Shown here: piece after piece, positions 9,143 to 20,282 of the stretch
Numbering within the stretch: the first letter of the stretch is position 1
How the letters are laid out: each line of letters begins with the position of its first letter
Program-made: the position numbers and the translations under genes
Source: Candidatus Cloacimonadales bacterium
GTDB taxonomy: Bacteria; Cloacimonadota; Cloacimonadia; Cloacimonadales; JAFGVF01
Assembly: GCA_963662585.1 (NCBI GenBank)
Contig: OY759729.1
Coordinates: 800,001 to 864,000 of the forward strand
Reading direction: 5' to 3'
Length of the DNA: 64,000 bases
Notes under the pieces: model-generated
The model's input: the letters and a program-made list of their open reading frames with translations, nothing else
Told to the model about the DNA's origin: nothing
The model's database searches: none

Positions 9143-10288
9143 CTAACTTCTATCCATATAATCTTTCATAATAGTGAAGAAATCTCCTACCCATTTAGGT
9201 GGATTTTCAATAGGGTCAGTTCCCATCCAGGCAGCATAAGAATCTTCATGTTCTGGAGAGAAGCCATGCATACCAGGTAATGATTTTACTCCCATATCAG
9301 AAGGAACAATCTGCACACCTGGGTCCATAAGAAGAATCTCTTCCCCATACATATTATCTTCAAAATCAATTCCGAATTTAACTTTTTCCTCTTGGGAAAG
9401 AAGATGAGAATAAGGCACTTTCTCTGCTTTCTTAAGGATATGTTCCCGACATTTCTCATTGATAAACCAGAAATGCACCATTGTAGAATCATAGCAAGCT
9501 ACATAATCTCTGCCAAAAGTGAAGCCTAAGGATTCAATCTCTTTTTTGACATCTACTTCTTGAGTGAGACTTGTCATGCCATGATCAGAAATAACAAAAA
9601 GGGAGTAATCTTCATAGTGTTCTTCAACTTCCTTAACTAATTCTTTAATCTTGGAAGCATACCAATCTAATTTAGGTTGAATCTCCTTACCATCTTTAGT
9701 AACATTATGAAGCAGTCCATCCATACTAGCAGTATAGAGAAAGGCAAAATCTACTTTTTCTTCTTTAATATCGCTGATTAGGGCATTAACATTTTCTTCT
9801 TCTGAGAGCCTCCAATTAGAGATATGATAAGGAATCTTCTTCTCTTCTAGAAGATCGGCTAGGTTTTTTGTAGGAGCTAAACCATTGGGGACAAAAAGGT
9901 CTTTTTTTTCAATATAATCAAAGTAAGGCAAGCGGTCAAAAGGCATGGAGTAGATTTCGAAATAGCCTGTATAACCATTTACTTTCTTAATTATTTTAGA
10001 GAATTGATGACGGAATCTCCACCTATCAAAAATAGATTTGGGTAAAAACTTTAAGTATTTAAAAGCTTTGAAAGGACTCTCTTCTGGATTATAATAGTAG
10101 AAACTAAGATGCTTATGTTCAGTAGGTTTCTTACCTGTTAAGATAGTGGGAATTGCTGTGCATGAGTAGCCAAACTGCATTTGAGCAGGATAGCGGTAAG
10201 GTAACAATTCTTCTAAAAAATTATACTTCTTCTGAATTTCCCAACCAAAAGCATCTATAAACATAAATATTGAGACTCTTTTCTTCAT
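9143..10288 (-). CDS. Alkaline phosphatase superfamily protein (type I phosphodiesterase / nucleotide pyrophosphatase)
   Basis: FIDAFG, PTILTG..P.EH, DGLLH, ISDHGM, GMHG metal-binding motifs. Confidence 0.85.
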   Translation of the reverse strand: MKKRVSIFMFIDAFGWEIQKKYNFLEELLPYRYPAQMQFGYSCTAIPTILTGKKPTEHKHLSFYYYNPEESPFKAFKYLKFLPKSIFDRWRFRHQFSKIIKKVNGYTGYFEIYSMPFDRLPYFDYIEKKDLFVPNGLAPTKNLADLLEEKKIPYHISNWRLSEEENVNALISDIKEEKVDFAFLYTASMDGLLHNVTKDGKEIQPKLDWYASKIKELVKEVEEHYEDYSLFVISDHGMTSLTQEVDVKKEIESLGFTFGRDYVACYDSTMVHFWFINEKCREHILKKAEKVPYSHLLSQEEKVKFGIDFEDNMYGEEILLMDPGVQIVPSDMGVKSLPGMHGFSPEHEDSYAAWMGTDPIENPPKWVGDFFTIMKDYMDRS

Positions 10289-10354
10289 TTCTGTCTCCTT
10301 AAAAATTCTTTTAGTAATAATATATTGAGAATCCTATTCAAAGCTATTATAAAA

Positions 10355-10936
10355 TTATTTATTTACCACAACTTTTATTTCTGAGAGAATATCTAAACAG
10401 CTTGTTAAAGATGATAAGTCTTTAATTATTTTATTGTTACTACTAATTCCGTATGGTTGTAAGATAATTTCTTTCGCATCAGGAGTCATCTCACCTCTGT
10501 ATATCAAAGCTGGTTGTCCATCAACATTACCTTTTTGCTTGGGATAATTTTCATTATAATCAAAAGAATTGTTAACTTCTGCGTAAATATAAGTAAGAGA
10601 ATTATCTGAAATCTCCCAGCTAATGGAAAAATCATTTTTAGGAGTAGCAGAAGTTACTTGCATATCTTCTTTACTTTTTAAACTACTCCAGTAGGGTAAA
10701 GCTTCTTTACGATTAATCTTTGAGTTTGCCTCTGTAACGAATAGAGTCTCTTGGAGATTGTTCTCATTATTGGCAGTCCAAACGGCAATTTGAGGGGTTA
10801 GTTTTACAGGAATAATCTTCATAAACCAATAAGTATGGTTCCATTCTGGACCTGCAACAAAATGCACATTCATTTGACTAGCCACTGCAATAGAAATAAA
10901 GCATAATATCATGACTAGTGATATAACTTTTTTCAT
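10355..10936 (-). CDS. Secreted hypothetical protein (DUF2271-like)
   Basis: Signal peptide; PQIAVW, TLFVT, ALPYW, VTSATP. Confidence 0.65.
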   Translation of the reverse strand: MKKVISLVMILCFISIAVASQMNVHFVAGPEWNHTYWFMKIIPVKLTPQIAVWTANNENNLQETLFVTEANSKINRKEALPYWSSLKSKEDMQVTSATPKNDFSISWEISDNSLTYIYAEVNNSFDYNENYPKQKGNVDGQPALIYRGEMTPDAKEIILQPYGISSNNKIIKDLSSLTSCLDILSEIKVVVNK

Positions 10937-10944
10937 ATTTTCTC

Positions 10945-12606
10945 CTATATATTTATTTTTTCGAGTATTTCCTTAGCTCTTTCTAAGGTACTATCAATAT
11001 CTTGATGAATATTCTTATCTCCAATCAAATCATAAAGACCAAAATTCTTAAGAGCTTTCAGAGGTTGAGGGTTTACTCCCGATAAAAGCAGAACTATACC
11101 ATCATGAGTAGAATCTAAATAAAGATTTCGCAAGGAGTTAAGTCCTGTAGCATCTATGGCAGGAACGCTTCTCATTCTGATGATTCTTATTTTAGGAGCA
11201 GATTCTAAGGCTCTTATAGAGTCTTTAAACTTTGAAGCAGCTCCGAAAAAGAAAGGTCCACCGACTTCATAAACTTCCACACCCTCAGGAACATCTTTCA
11301 TCTTGATACTATTGGGGTCATCTTCATCAGCTTTATCCTGGAATGAGTTAGTTATAAAATCAATATTACTAACTGTCGCCATTCTCTTCATAAAGAGGAA
11401 CATAGCTAAGACTAAACCTACTTCAATAGCAATAGTAAGGTCAAAGAAAACTGTCAATAAAAAAGTAGTTAAAAGCACAATTATATCACTCTTAGGACTT
11501 TTAAGTAATTGTCTGAAAATATGATGCTCACTCATATTATAAGCAACCATGATAAGAATTGCAGCTAAAGTGGACATAGGAATGAGTTTAGCCCAAGGAC
11601 CTAACAAGAGCATGATTAACAAAAGAGTAATGGCATGAACCATACCAGCAATAGGTGTTCTACCACCATTTTTAATATTTGTTGCTGTTCTGGCAATAGC
11701 TCCAGTAACAGGAATTCCGCCAAATAGTGGAGATACGATATTGGCTACACCTTGTCCGATTAATTCAGTATTAGACTTATGCTTCTCCCCTATCATACCA
11801 TCAGCAACAACTGCTGAAAGTAAGGCTTCTATAGCTGCCAACATTGCTATCGTAAAGGCAGGGGGTAACATATTCTTGATAAGTTCAAAGGAAATATGAG
11901 GAAGTTGAGGTTTAGGTAAAGATGAAGGTATGGATCCAAAATGAGATTCTATAGTTGGAACATTTAAATCTAATAAAGAGACTAGAAGAGTTGCCACTAA
12001 AATAGCAATTATGGAACCTGGTAACTTACGGTTAATTCTAGGCCAGAAAATAATTATCAATAATGACAAAAGACCTATTAAAAGAGCTTGCCAATTGAAA
12101 GAGTGAAAATTAGAAAAATAACTCCCCCACTTTCCTATAAAATCTCCAGGTACTTTTTCAATACTTAAGCCAAAGAAATCTTTTATTTGCGTAGAAAAAA
12201 TTACTACAGCTATTCCCGAAGTGAAGCCTACAACCACTGGATAAGGGATAAACTTAATCAAAGAACCAAACTTGGATAGTCCCATTATAATTAAAAAAAT
12301 ACCTGCCATCATGGTAGCAACCATTAAGCCATCGACTCCATATTGCTCGACAATTCCAAAGATAATAATTATAAATGCTCCAGTAGGTCCACCTATCTGG
12401 ACATGACTTCCCCCTAAGAAGGAGACCAAAAATCCACCGATAACGGCTGTGATTAAACCTTTCTCAGGTGTAACTCCTGAAGCAATACCAAAAGCAATAC
12501 CCAAAGGTAAAGCAACTATACCAACTAGAATACCTGCTATGATATCATTCATTAGCTGTTTCTTAGTCATTTTGGGAAGTAACTCAAATAATTTAGGAAT
12601 TAACAA
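10945..12606 (-). CDS. SulP-family anion permease with STAS domain
   Basis: [46 protein letters not shown]. Confidence 0.95.
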   Translation of the reverse strand: MLIPKLFELLPKMTKKQLMNDIIAGILVGIVALPLGIAFGIASGVTPEKGLITAVIGGFLVSFLGGSHVQIGGPTGAFIIIIFGIVEQYGVDGLMVATMMAGIFLIIMGLSKFGSLIKFIPYPVVVGFTSGIAVVIFSTQIKDFFGLSIEKVPGDFIGKWGSYFSNFHSFNWQALLIGLLSLLIIIFWPRINRKLPGSIIAILVATLLVSLLDLNVPTIESHFGSIPSSLPKPQLPHISFELIKNMLPPAFTIAMLAAIEALLSAVVADGMIGEKHKSNTELIGQGVANIVSPLFGGIPVTGAIARTATNIKNGGRTPIAGMVHAITLLLIMLLLGPWAKLIPMSTLAAILIMVAYNMSEHHIFRQLLKSPKSDIIVLLTTFLLTVFFDLTIAIEVGLVLAMFLFMKRMATVSNIDFITNSFQDKADEDDPNSIKMKDVPEGVEVYEVGGPFFFGAASKFKDSIRALESAPKIRIIRMRSVPAIDATGLNSLRNLYLDSTHDGIVLLLSGVNPQPLKALKNFGLYDLIGDKNIHQDIDSTLERAKEILEKINI

Positions 12607-12766
12607 TTCATTTCTCCCTTAAAAGTTCCATAAACTTTTTTAATAATTTTATTCATGGCGTCGGATTAAGAAATAGGGAAAGTTTGTCAAAGTAAATCTA
12701 TAAAAAAGAGTTATTATATTGCTTTCATGCTAGTTAAGGCTAATAAGTTTCTATGGAATAGAAAGG

Positions 12767-13127
12767 TCCTTGCTTCCTAATCTTTTCTGGCGGCAGGGAC
12801 GCCCCCAGTCCATAGATCCTTGCTTCCTAATCTTTTCTGGCGGCAGGGACGCTCCCAATCCATAGATCCTTGCTTCCTAATCTTTTCTGGCGGCAGGGAC
12901 GCCCCCAGTCCATAGATCCTTGCTTCCTAATCTTTTCTGGCGGCAGGGACGCTCCCAATCCATAGATCCTTGCTTCCTAATCTTTTCTGGCGGCAGGGAC
13001 GCCCCCAGTCCATAGATCCTTGCTTCCTAATCTTTTCTGGCAGCAGGGACGCTCCCAATCCATAGATCCTTGCTTCTTAATCTTTTCTGGCGGCAGGGAC
13101 GCCCCCAGTCCATAGATTCCTGCTTCC
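12767..13127. repeat. 50-bp tandem repeat x7 with alternating variants
   Basis: tgcttcctaatcttttctggcggcagggacgc(c/t)ccca(g/a)tccatagatcct starting at 12771, 12821 ... 13071; no unique spacers. Confidence 0.97.
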
Positions 13128-13149
13128 ATGAGGATCTTTAAAGCGGATA

Positions 13150-13325
13150 ATAACTGGGAAGGTGGGTGCTGGTCATGGGCAATAACTAGGAAGCGGGCAT
13201 CTCTGCCAGCACCACGCAACTGCTTGGTAGAAAATCTTTTAAGACCAGCATTAACTGCTGGTCGCGGGCAGGGATGCCCGCATTCGCAGTTAGAAACACC
13301 TGTGTCCTCTCATAGAGGGTATAAC
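13150..13325. repeat. REP-like mosaic downstream of secreted protein paralog 1
   Basis: taact(g/a)ggaa-tagged hairpins, gaccagca..tgctggtc, gcgggca..tgcccgc; colinear with 23161-23345. Confidence 0.75.
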
Positions 13326-13333
13326 ATGGTTAT

Positions 13334-16300
13334 CTATTTCATTAATACCATTTTCCTTGTTTCTGTTTGATTTCCAGCTTTTAAATTATAAAAGTATAAG
13401 CCTGAAGCAACAGCTTTATCTTGCTCATTTAAGCCATTCCATACAAAAGAGTAAGAACCTTTTGAGAAACTGTCCTTAGCTAGTGTCTTAACTTTCTGAC
13501 CTTTAACATTGTAGATAGTAAGTTCTACATCTTTAGTATCTTTCGCTAAGTTAAAACTAATTCTTGTAGTTGGGTTAAAAGGATTTGGATAATTCTGTGC
13601 TAAGCTTGAGTTAGCAATTTGAGCATCATTAGAATCATCATTAGAGACAGCGGAAAAATCAACATATTGAGCATAAATACCAAAAATAGAAGTCTTACCT
13701 GAGGATCTTCCATCTGCCCAGACAAAGAAAGCTTTGTTATCACCCATTGGGGCAATTCTAACTGAATTTTGATCCTTCAATTCTGTAGTCAAAGGAATAC
13801 CAACACTTCCATTAAGAGTCTCACCATTGGATTTTAAAAGATTCATGTAAATATCTTTATTCCAATAACTTTCTTCTTGTTCCCAGGCAATGACATGATA
13901 ATCATCATTAATTTTTTCAATTACAGGTCTTCTCTGATTAAAGTCACCTTCTGCGATTATCAAACCTTCTTCAGCAAATTGCTTCTCACCTGAGAAAGAA
14001 ATCTTCTGTGCTTTTATATTTTCATTATATCCGATAGTAGATTCTTCCCAGGTAACATAGATAGCGTCACCTATAGCTAAATCAGGGTTTCGTGACTCAC
14101 TTAAGATCCCATCATAATTATGCAAACTAGTAGGGAATTCTTCTTGCCATGTGAAAGAGCCATCATCAGTTAAACCCTGAGTATAAATAGTGTATAATTG
14201 ATCTTCTCTATCATCAGCCCAAGAGTAGTAGAGTGTATTATTATAAATTGCACCTTTTCCTCCTCCATCAACGAATACCTCTTCTGGGACCAAAGAATTA
14301 CCTTCGATTGAGTAGCCTTCCATTACTTGACCAGCTTCATTAACTTTAGCTACTCTTCTATCTGTTACATTAACATTCCAAACATAATAATTACCAATTA
14401 AATCATACAATTGTATATCGCTATCATACTCAAAGTTAATAGATCCTGAAAGTTGAATTCCACTTTCTCCCCATTGTTTAGCACCATTACTTATTCTTTG
14501 ACCAAAGACTTGTTTGATAAATAGACTTTGGTCTGTTAATATATTATCACTCCAGCCAAGATAAAAGTCACCATTATAATAACTTACTCTAGGATTTTCT
14601 TGACCTGCTGTAAACCCAGTTGTCATTTCCATACCCTCATCACCCCAAAGTAGGCTTCCATCTACATCTATCAACTGAGCATATATTTTAGGATAGTACC
14701 CACTCTGTTCTTGCCAAAGGACCATAGTTTGTCCCTCAGGATTTGTAACAGAATTGAAATCAGATCGTTCGTGACCGGTAGGAATAGTAAGAGGGCGACC
14801 ATTTTCTTCTAAATCAACACTTCCATCTGGATTAATAAATTGGAAGAAAATTTGGTAACCATTAATGGCATAACGAGAATCCCACCACACTACCACTAGA
14901 TCATTTTGAACTGGACGAGGATGCACTTCAATAAGGTCGTTTTTACCTGCATCACCACTAAGACCGTAAAAAACTGTTTGGCCATTTTCGGCTAATACTG
15001 TATTATTTGAAGCATTAATAATCTGCTGATTAATTCCCTTAGAACCAGTTCTGCCATCTAACCATACTGCAAAAATATTATCCCCACTCTTTTTTATAAG
15101 AGGAAAGTTTTGTTCATTTGTAGCAGTACAAATAGCTAAACCAGCTTCTCCCCACTGAAAGATACCCTCAGAATTAAGATGCTGAGCAAAAATATCAACT
15201 TGAGGGAAATCACCATTTCTCATATCAGTCCAAACTAAGAAAGCTCCACCATTAGTATCGCTATCAATACGAAATGTTAACTCTCTTACTTCATTAGTTC
15301 TTATTTCAACACCATCTTCTGCCCATAATTTAGCACCTGTAGAGCTGATTTTTTGTGCCAAAAGTCCTACACTAATAAATGAGTTTCTAGAATCTTCCCA
15401 TGCAATAATAGTATTACCCAATCCGTCAGCTTGAATTTGAGGATAACTTTGATTAAAACTCTGTGCATCATCTTCATCGCTATATACTTCTATATATTGG
15501 CCCCAATCTGCACTACCATCACTAAGTAATCTTTGAGCAAAGATATTGGTGGTATCTTCTCTTCTATCTTCCCAGACAAAGACGAAAGCACCCAATCCAT
15601 CAGAGGCAACTTTAACATTTCCCTGATATCCATCATCCACAGTCAAAGGAATAGCTTGCCCCCATACTGATTGCCCGTTACTATTAAATCTATTAGCAAA
15701 AACATTGCTGATATTATCAGATAATGAATCATAAGCAATAACAAATCCACCATCACCATCTTCTGTGAGAGAGTTATTAGTTGAAGCGATGTAAATTCCA
15801 TCTGTATTCCAGAGATTGTTCCCATTGCCATCTAAATTCGCACCGTAGAGGTCTCTATAATAGTCCCTTTTATCATTCCAAAGCAAGTAAGCTCCACCAA
15901 CATTATTTTTTACAATATTGAGTGAAATTTGATCATCTTGATTAGTACATACAGGAACACCACCCTCTTGCCAGAGAAGTTCTCCAGCATTATTGATTTT
16001 CTGAGCAAAAACATCGCCATCTTGGTCTAGTGAGTAATCAATCCAAGCAATTACAAAATTTCCATCTGATGTTTTAACTATTACAGGTGCTTCCTGTCTG
16101 TCAGATTTATTATCAATAGTTGTAGGCTCTTGACCCCATTGGGAAACTCCAAGGGCATCAAATTTCATTGCGAATAGGTCTCTATCACCATTTTTAGTGT
16201 CTGACCATACATAAATAATTCCACCATCATCAGTAGTGGCTGAAGTACGATACCATTCAATATTGACCCCTTGTCTTATTGGCAAAGCATCTTCCCACAT

Positions 16301-16360
16301 AGTTTGTGCGCATACAAAAGTTGTTAGTAACAATAGAAACACAATTAGTCTACTTTTCAT
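13334..16360 (-). CDS. Large secreted repeat protein with FlgD-Ig/T9SS type-A-like C-terminal domain (paralog 1)
   Basis: Signal peptide; repeated VW.D.R...DIFAQ....G...W motifs; C-terminus NYPNPFNPTT...IYNVKGQKV...WNG...ASGLYFY...KMVLMK. Confidence 0.85.
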   Translation of the reverse strand: MKSRLIVFLLLLTTFVCAQTMWEDALPIRQGVNIEWYRTSATTDDGGIIYVWSDTKNGDRDLFAMKFDALGVSQWGQEPTTIDNKSDRQEAPVIVKTSDGNFVIAWIDYSLDQDGDVFAQKINNAGELLWQEGGVPVCTNQDDQISLNIVKNNVGGAYLLWNDKRDYYRDLYGANLDGNGNNLWNTDGIYIASTNNSLTEDGDGGFVIAYDSLSDNISNVFANRFNSNGQSVWGQAIPLTVDDGYQGNVKVASDGLGAFVFVWEDRREDTTNIFAQRLLSDGSADWGQYIEVYSDEDDAQSFNQSYPQIQADGLGNTIIAWEDSRNSFISVGLLAQKISSTGAKLWAEDGVEIRTNEVRELTFRIDSDTNGGAFLVWTDMRNGDFPQVDIFAQHLNSEGIFQWGEAGLAICTATNEQNFPLIKKSGDNIFAVWLDGRTGSKGINQQIINASNNTVLAENGQTVFYGLSGDAGKNDLIEVHPRPVQNDLVVVWWDSRYAINGYQIFFQFINPDGSVDLEENGRPLTIPTGHERSDFNSVTNPEGQTMVLWQEQSGYYPKIYAQLIDVDGSLLWGDEGMEMTTGFTAGQENPRVSYYNGDFYLGWSDNILTDQSLFIKQVFGQRISNGAKQWGESGIQLSGSINFEYDSDIQLYDLIGNYYVWNVNVTDRRVAKVNEAGQVMEGYSIEGNSLVPEEVFVDGGGKGAIYNNTLYYSWADDREDQLYTIYTQGLTDDGSFTWQEEFPTSLHNYDGILSESRNPDLAIGDAIYVTWEESTIGYNENIKAQKISFSGEKQFAEEGLIIAEGDFNQRRPVIEKINDDYHVIAWEQEESYWNKDIYMNLLKSNGETLNGSVGIPLTTELKDQNSVRIAPMGDNKAFFVWADGRSSGKTSIFGIYAQYVDFSAVSNDDSNDAQIANSSLAQNYPNPFNPTTRISFNLAKDTKDVELTIYNVKGQKVKTLAKDSFSKGSYSFVWNGLNEQDKAVASGLYFYNLKAGNQTETRKMVLMK

Positions 16361-16617
16361 TTGAGCCTCCGTTCAAGTTTTTGTTATTCCTTTTAAAAGT
16401 ATTGAATTTATCAATGTGCAAATTACATTCCAAAGCTATATAGATTATTGTATTTTCTCAGTCTAGTGGTTGTAAATATTGAAATAAATAAGAATAAGCA
16501 AGTTAATATTTGCACTATCGACCAAATTACATATAAATAGAGAAGTAGATTTCTTTAATTGTCCTAACTTATTTCTAAGATGAAAATAGTTCTGAAACTA
16601 TTGAAGTTAATTTAGTA

Positions 16618-17676
16618 TTACTTAGAATTATTCTGTTTTTGCAAGAGCTTATATAGGGCTGATTTATTATTCTGAACTATAATTTTAAGATCGCTGTTTT
16701 GGGGAAGAAAGTGAGAGACTCCATTGGGAGACAGGGGACTAACTTCAATAGTAAAAGCGAGTGTATTAAATTTTCTATAAAGGAAATCACGAGCATAGCC
16801 ATATTGACTTGTCTCACCAGTATTAACTTGGTAATTCTCCGATTTGTAGAAACAGGGTAGATTATCAGATAAAGACTCTGCTATCTTCTTCATTTTATCC
16901 CAATCTTTACTTTTTTCAGTCCCCCAGTTATAAGGGAAAAAGATAATTTCCGGATAAGTACCATTAGCAGAAGAGTGATACTGAAAAGAATAGTCAAAAG
17001 AAAATCTTTCAGCAAGATTAATAACAGCTTGAATTTCTGATTCAGAAGCTGACTCCTTACCTTTATAATATGGGCTTTGAGGATGATCTAAATCGGCTTC
17101 TTCCCAATTACTTGGATAATTTTTGTTTAGATCTACCCCGTCTGTTTTTAGGTCAAGGAAGCCGTTGTGGTTAGTATCCCTATTGTTCTTTCTTTTTAAG
17201 GGAAACTCTCCACTATTCACTATTTTGAAGGCTTCAGGATTCACAGTAGGGATAATAACAAAATAATAGTTTCTGATTAACTCTTCAAGATTAGGTTTAG
17301 AGATTAAATCTTTCAGAATAGCCATAGCTATTTCTACTCCGATTGGCTCTTCTCCATGATGTTGTCCAATTATTAGTACTTTCTTTATATCTTTAGGAAG
17401 TTTTCGTTCCCATAGCTTTTTCTTTTTGTTAGTAATTTTATCTGATTTAAAAATATGAAGAGCATAAATCGGCAGATTTTCTGCAGAGGAATGGCCAATG
17501 ATTTCTATATCAGAGATTAATCTATCTTCTTGATGATAATGTAGAAGGGAATCACTCAGTGTTTTCCAAGAATGATAATCACTATCAAGGGGATATTGAT
17601 TGAGGGCTAAGATAAAAGTAACCCTAAGGAGCAGTAAGAGAATAAAAATTCTAGTCTTCACTCTTATCTTTCCCAC
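16618..17676 (-). CDS. M14-family zinc carboxypeptidase
   Basis: HHGEE (HxxE), RKN, GVDLNKNY, SESE, YHS, FTIE. Confidence 0.88.
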   Translation of the reverse strand: MGKIRVKTRIFILLLLLRVTFILALNQYPLDSDYHSWKTLSDSLLHYHQEDRLISDIEIIGHSSAENLPIYALHIFKSDKITNKKKKLWERKLPKDIKKVLIIGQHHGEEPIGVEIAMAILKDLISKPNLEELIRNYYFVIIPTVNPEAFKIVNSGEFPLKRKNNRDTNHNGFLDLKTDGVDLNKNYPSNWEEADLDHPQSPYYKGKESASESEIQAVINLAERFSFDYSFQYHSSANGTYPEIIFFPYNWGTEKSKDWDKMKKIAESLSDNLPCFYKSENYQVNTGETSQYGYARDFLYRKFNTLAFTIEVSPLSPNGVSHFLPQNSDLKIIVQNNKSALYKLLQKQNNSK

Positions 17677-18428
17677 TCAGTAATAGCCGTAAACACTTCA
17701 AGATTATCATTTTGTCTAATAATCTTATGATGAAAAATATTATCTTCTACTTGATAAGTTTTTATAGATATTTCTTCAGAGAACTTAACTTCTTGAATAA
17801 AATTAGTATTTATTCTGATTAAGTCATATCTTTTATCAAAATACTCAGCAATAGAATCTAAAACCATATCTACATAAGCGGTATTGTTCATGTGTCCATT
17901 GATATCAATATCAGAAAATCTAACTTGTTTAGTAAATTTATTAACCAGATTTTCAGCTATAATGTTAATTTTTTCCAAAGGATTAGCAAATAACTCATGA
18001 TTAAAACTCTGAATAAAATCTAAATTTATTTTGGTGAGAGGAATAATTCTTCTTTTCTCTAAGTTAATTACCACCCAATCAGAAGTAGCTTTAATTATAG
18101 GTTTATTATCTTTATCAGTAATGAGGAAATTTCTGTTTGCTACTATTTTATTATGTCTATTACTCCAAGTATGGACGGTAAACTCTTCTAAGGCTCGAGG
18201 AAGTCTTTCAAATTCAATTAATTGCTTAGTTAAAACCCAAGCACCTTTATTATTCTTTAAATCATCAAAACCTATTTTCATAACTTCAGAGTGTTGAGAA
18301 GCAACTTCCTGCAAATATTTATAGAGGTCTGAAATTTTAATTGTTTGGAAATAACTAGTGTTATAGGTCTCGACAAGATACTTTTGCTTATAGATTTTAT
18401 CACTATTTAGAAAATCTAAATTGGTCAA
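17664..18428 (-). CDS. Acyl-ACP thioesterase
   Basis: QEVASQH, VRFSDIDINGHMNN double hot-dog motifs. Confidence 0.9.
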   Translation of the reverse strand: MTNLDFLNSDKIYKQKYLVETYNTSYFQTIKISDLYKYLQEVASQHSEVMKIGFDDLKNNKGAWVLTKQLIEFERLPRALEEFTVHTWSNRHNKIVANRNFLITDKDNKPIIKATSDWVVINLEKRRIIPLTKINLDFIQSFNHELFANPLEKINIIAENLVNKFTKQVRFSDIDINGHMNNTAYVDMVLDSIAEYFDKRYDLIRINTNFIQEVKFSEEISIKTYQVEDNIFHHKIIRQNDNLEVFTAITEWER

Positions 18429-19536
18429 TTTGCTCCTCCCATTCTACTAATAACTGCTCCCAGCTTTGGGAATTTAGGTGTTTAAGTGTGGTAAAAGAAA
18501 CACCTAATAATCTAACCTTCCGATTAGTATCATAAGTGTCTATCAAAATCCTTCTGCACTCTTTTAGTAACTCGTGATAATTTGAGGTATAGGTAGAAAG
18601 AGTCTTACCACGAGTTAAAGTATCAAAATTATCATATCTCAACTTAAGAGTAATTGTTTTAATCTCTATTTCTTCTTTCTTTATTTTATCGGCTAATTTT
18701 GTTATAATTCCCTCTAAGTGTTGAAAAAGAACTCTTAAATCATCAACATCAATTCTGAAAGTACTCTCTTTTCCTATAGACTTGCGAATATGATCTGTAC
18801 TTACTTCTCGGTTGTCGATTCCTCTTACTAAATAATAATACTGATAACCTATTTTACCATAATTATCTATTAACCAACTCAGTTCTTTTTTTAATAAATC
18901 TGCTCCAGTATGAATGCCCTGATTTTTAAGCTGAGCTGTTGTAGATTTTCCAATACCATGGAACTTTCCGATGGGCAAGGAAGATAGCACTTTAATCGCA
19001 TCCTTAGGAAGAATAACACATAGGCCATCAGGCTTGTTTAAATCAGAAGCAATTTTGGCTAAGAACTTATTATAAGATACTCCAGCAGAAGCAGTAAGAT
19101 TAACTTCCTGCTTTATTCTTGCTCTAATTTCTTGAGCAATATGAGTTGCTGAGGGGATTCCCAGCTTATTTGTAGTTACATCAAGATAAGCTTCATCAAG
19201 GGACATGGGTTGAACTAAATCAGAATACTCTCTAAAGATAGCAAAAATCTTATCAGTTGCTTCTTTGTAGGCTTCAAAACGAGGACGAACAAAGATACCA
19301 TTAGGGCAAAGTTTATGGGCTATTGTTGCAGGCATGGCAGAATGAACGCCATACTTTCTGGCCTCATAGGAGCAAGTAGAGACAACTCCCCTCTCGCCAA
19401 CTGCACCACCAACAATTACCGGTTTGCCTCTTAATTCAGGGAAATCCCTTTGTTCTATAGCAGCAAAATAGGCATCCATATCAACATGGATGATCTTTCT
19501 AATTTGTTCTTTCTTATCCCAATCTCTTCTATCCAT
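18403..19536 (-). CDS. dinB: DNA polymerase IV
   Basis: IIHVDMDAYFA, SYEARKYGVHSAM, SLDEAYLD, KFLAKIASD.NKPDG. Confidence 0.97.
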   Translation of the reverse strand: MDRRDWDKKEQIRKIIHVDMDAYFAAIEQRDFPELRGKPVIVGGAVGERGVVSTCSYEARKYGVHSAMPATIAHKLCPNGIFVRPRFEAYKEATDKIFAIFREYSDLVQPMSLDEAYLDVTTNKLGIPSATHIAQEIRARIKQEVNLTASAGVSYNKFLAKIASDLNKPDGLCVILPKDAIKVLSSLPIGKFHGIGKSTTAQLKNQGIHTGADLLKKELSWLIDNYGKIGYQYYYLVRGIDNREVSTDHIRKSIGKESTFRIDVDDLRVLFQHLEGIITKLADKIKKEEIEIKTITLKLRYDNFDTLTRGKTLSTYTSNYHELLKECRRILIDTYDTNRKVRLLGVSFTTLKHLNSQSWEQLLVEWEEQIDQFRFSK

Positions 19537-19565
19537 CTCCCCTCAGAATCTCTCTCTAAACTCTC

Positions 19566-20081
19566 TTAGAAATTATCAAAATCTAATATAGCTGAAGGTT
19601 TATTTCCTTCTCTACCTTTATTTTCTCTGTACTTCTTAACTAATCCTTGTAAGAACTTTCTAAGGAGCTGATCTTTACAAGGCTGATAATGATGATTATC
19701 TTTAGCTCTAAAGAGAGCACTTAACTGATTCTTAGAGAATTCCATACCTTCTAATTTCAACACAGCTAACATATCACTATCTTTATAATTAAGAGCTATC
19801 CTAAGTTTTCTCAAAATCTGATTATTATCTAATTCAATATGAGAAGGAGCTTCACCACCATCACCTTGCTTTCCTCTTCTATAGATGATTAATCCATTTA
19901 AGAAAGTTTCTAGAGTTTCACTATCGCAAAACTGAAAATGGTCATCATTATCTTTAGCACAATAAGCACAAACTTCTTCTCGAGTTAATATTTTTCCACC
20001 TGCCTTAAAAACATCAATCAGTTTAAAATCATTTAAGTCTAAAGCATATCTAATCTTTTTCAAGATAAAATTATTATCCAT
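19566..20081 (-). CDS. DUF1456 (YehS-like) protein
   Basis: NN.IL.K.RYAL motif twice, FLNGLI..RRG, DQLLRKFLQGL. Confidence 0.88.
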   Translation of the reverse strand: MDNNFILKKIRYALDLNDFKLIDVFKAGGKILTREEVCAYCAKDNDDHFQFCDSETLETFLNGLIIYRRGKQGDGGEAPSHIELDNNQILRKLRIALNYKDSDMLAVLKLEGMEFSKNQLSALFRAKDNHHYQPCKDQLLRKFLQGLVKKYRENKGREGNKPSAILDFDNF

Positions 20082-20200
20082 TTTAATTCCTTTGTTATTA
20101 ATTATTACTAAATTGATACTAACTTCATTTTAGTCAAGATATTTAAATTGCTCCTATAGTGGTATATTTTAAGCTATTGAGGAGTAAATCTCAAACATAA

Positions 20201-20230
20201 GTTAGTAGCTCCTAACATTTATCTTGACAA
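20201..20230 (+). promoter_or_regulatory. Palindrome GTTAG-N6-CTAAC next to TTGACA upstream of feoB; candidate DtxR/MntR-family operator
   Basis: gttag-tagctc-ctaac at 20201-20216; TTGACA at 20224-20229. Confidence 0.45.
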
Positions 20231-20282
20231 TATTCTATATCATACTTTTTTGGTATAAATTAATTATTAAAGAAAAAACGGA

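Noticed and set aside
12767..13127. CRISPR array
   Set aside because: Units are contiguous with no unique spacers, and no cas genes are in the window
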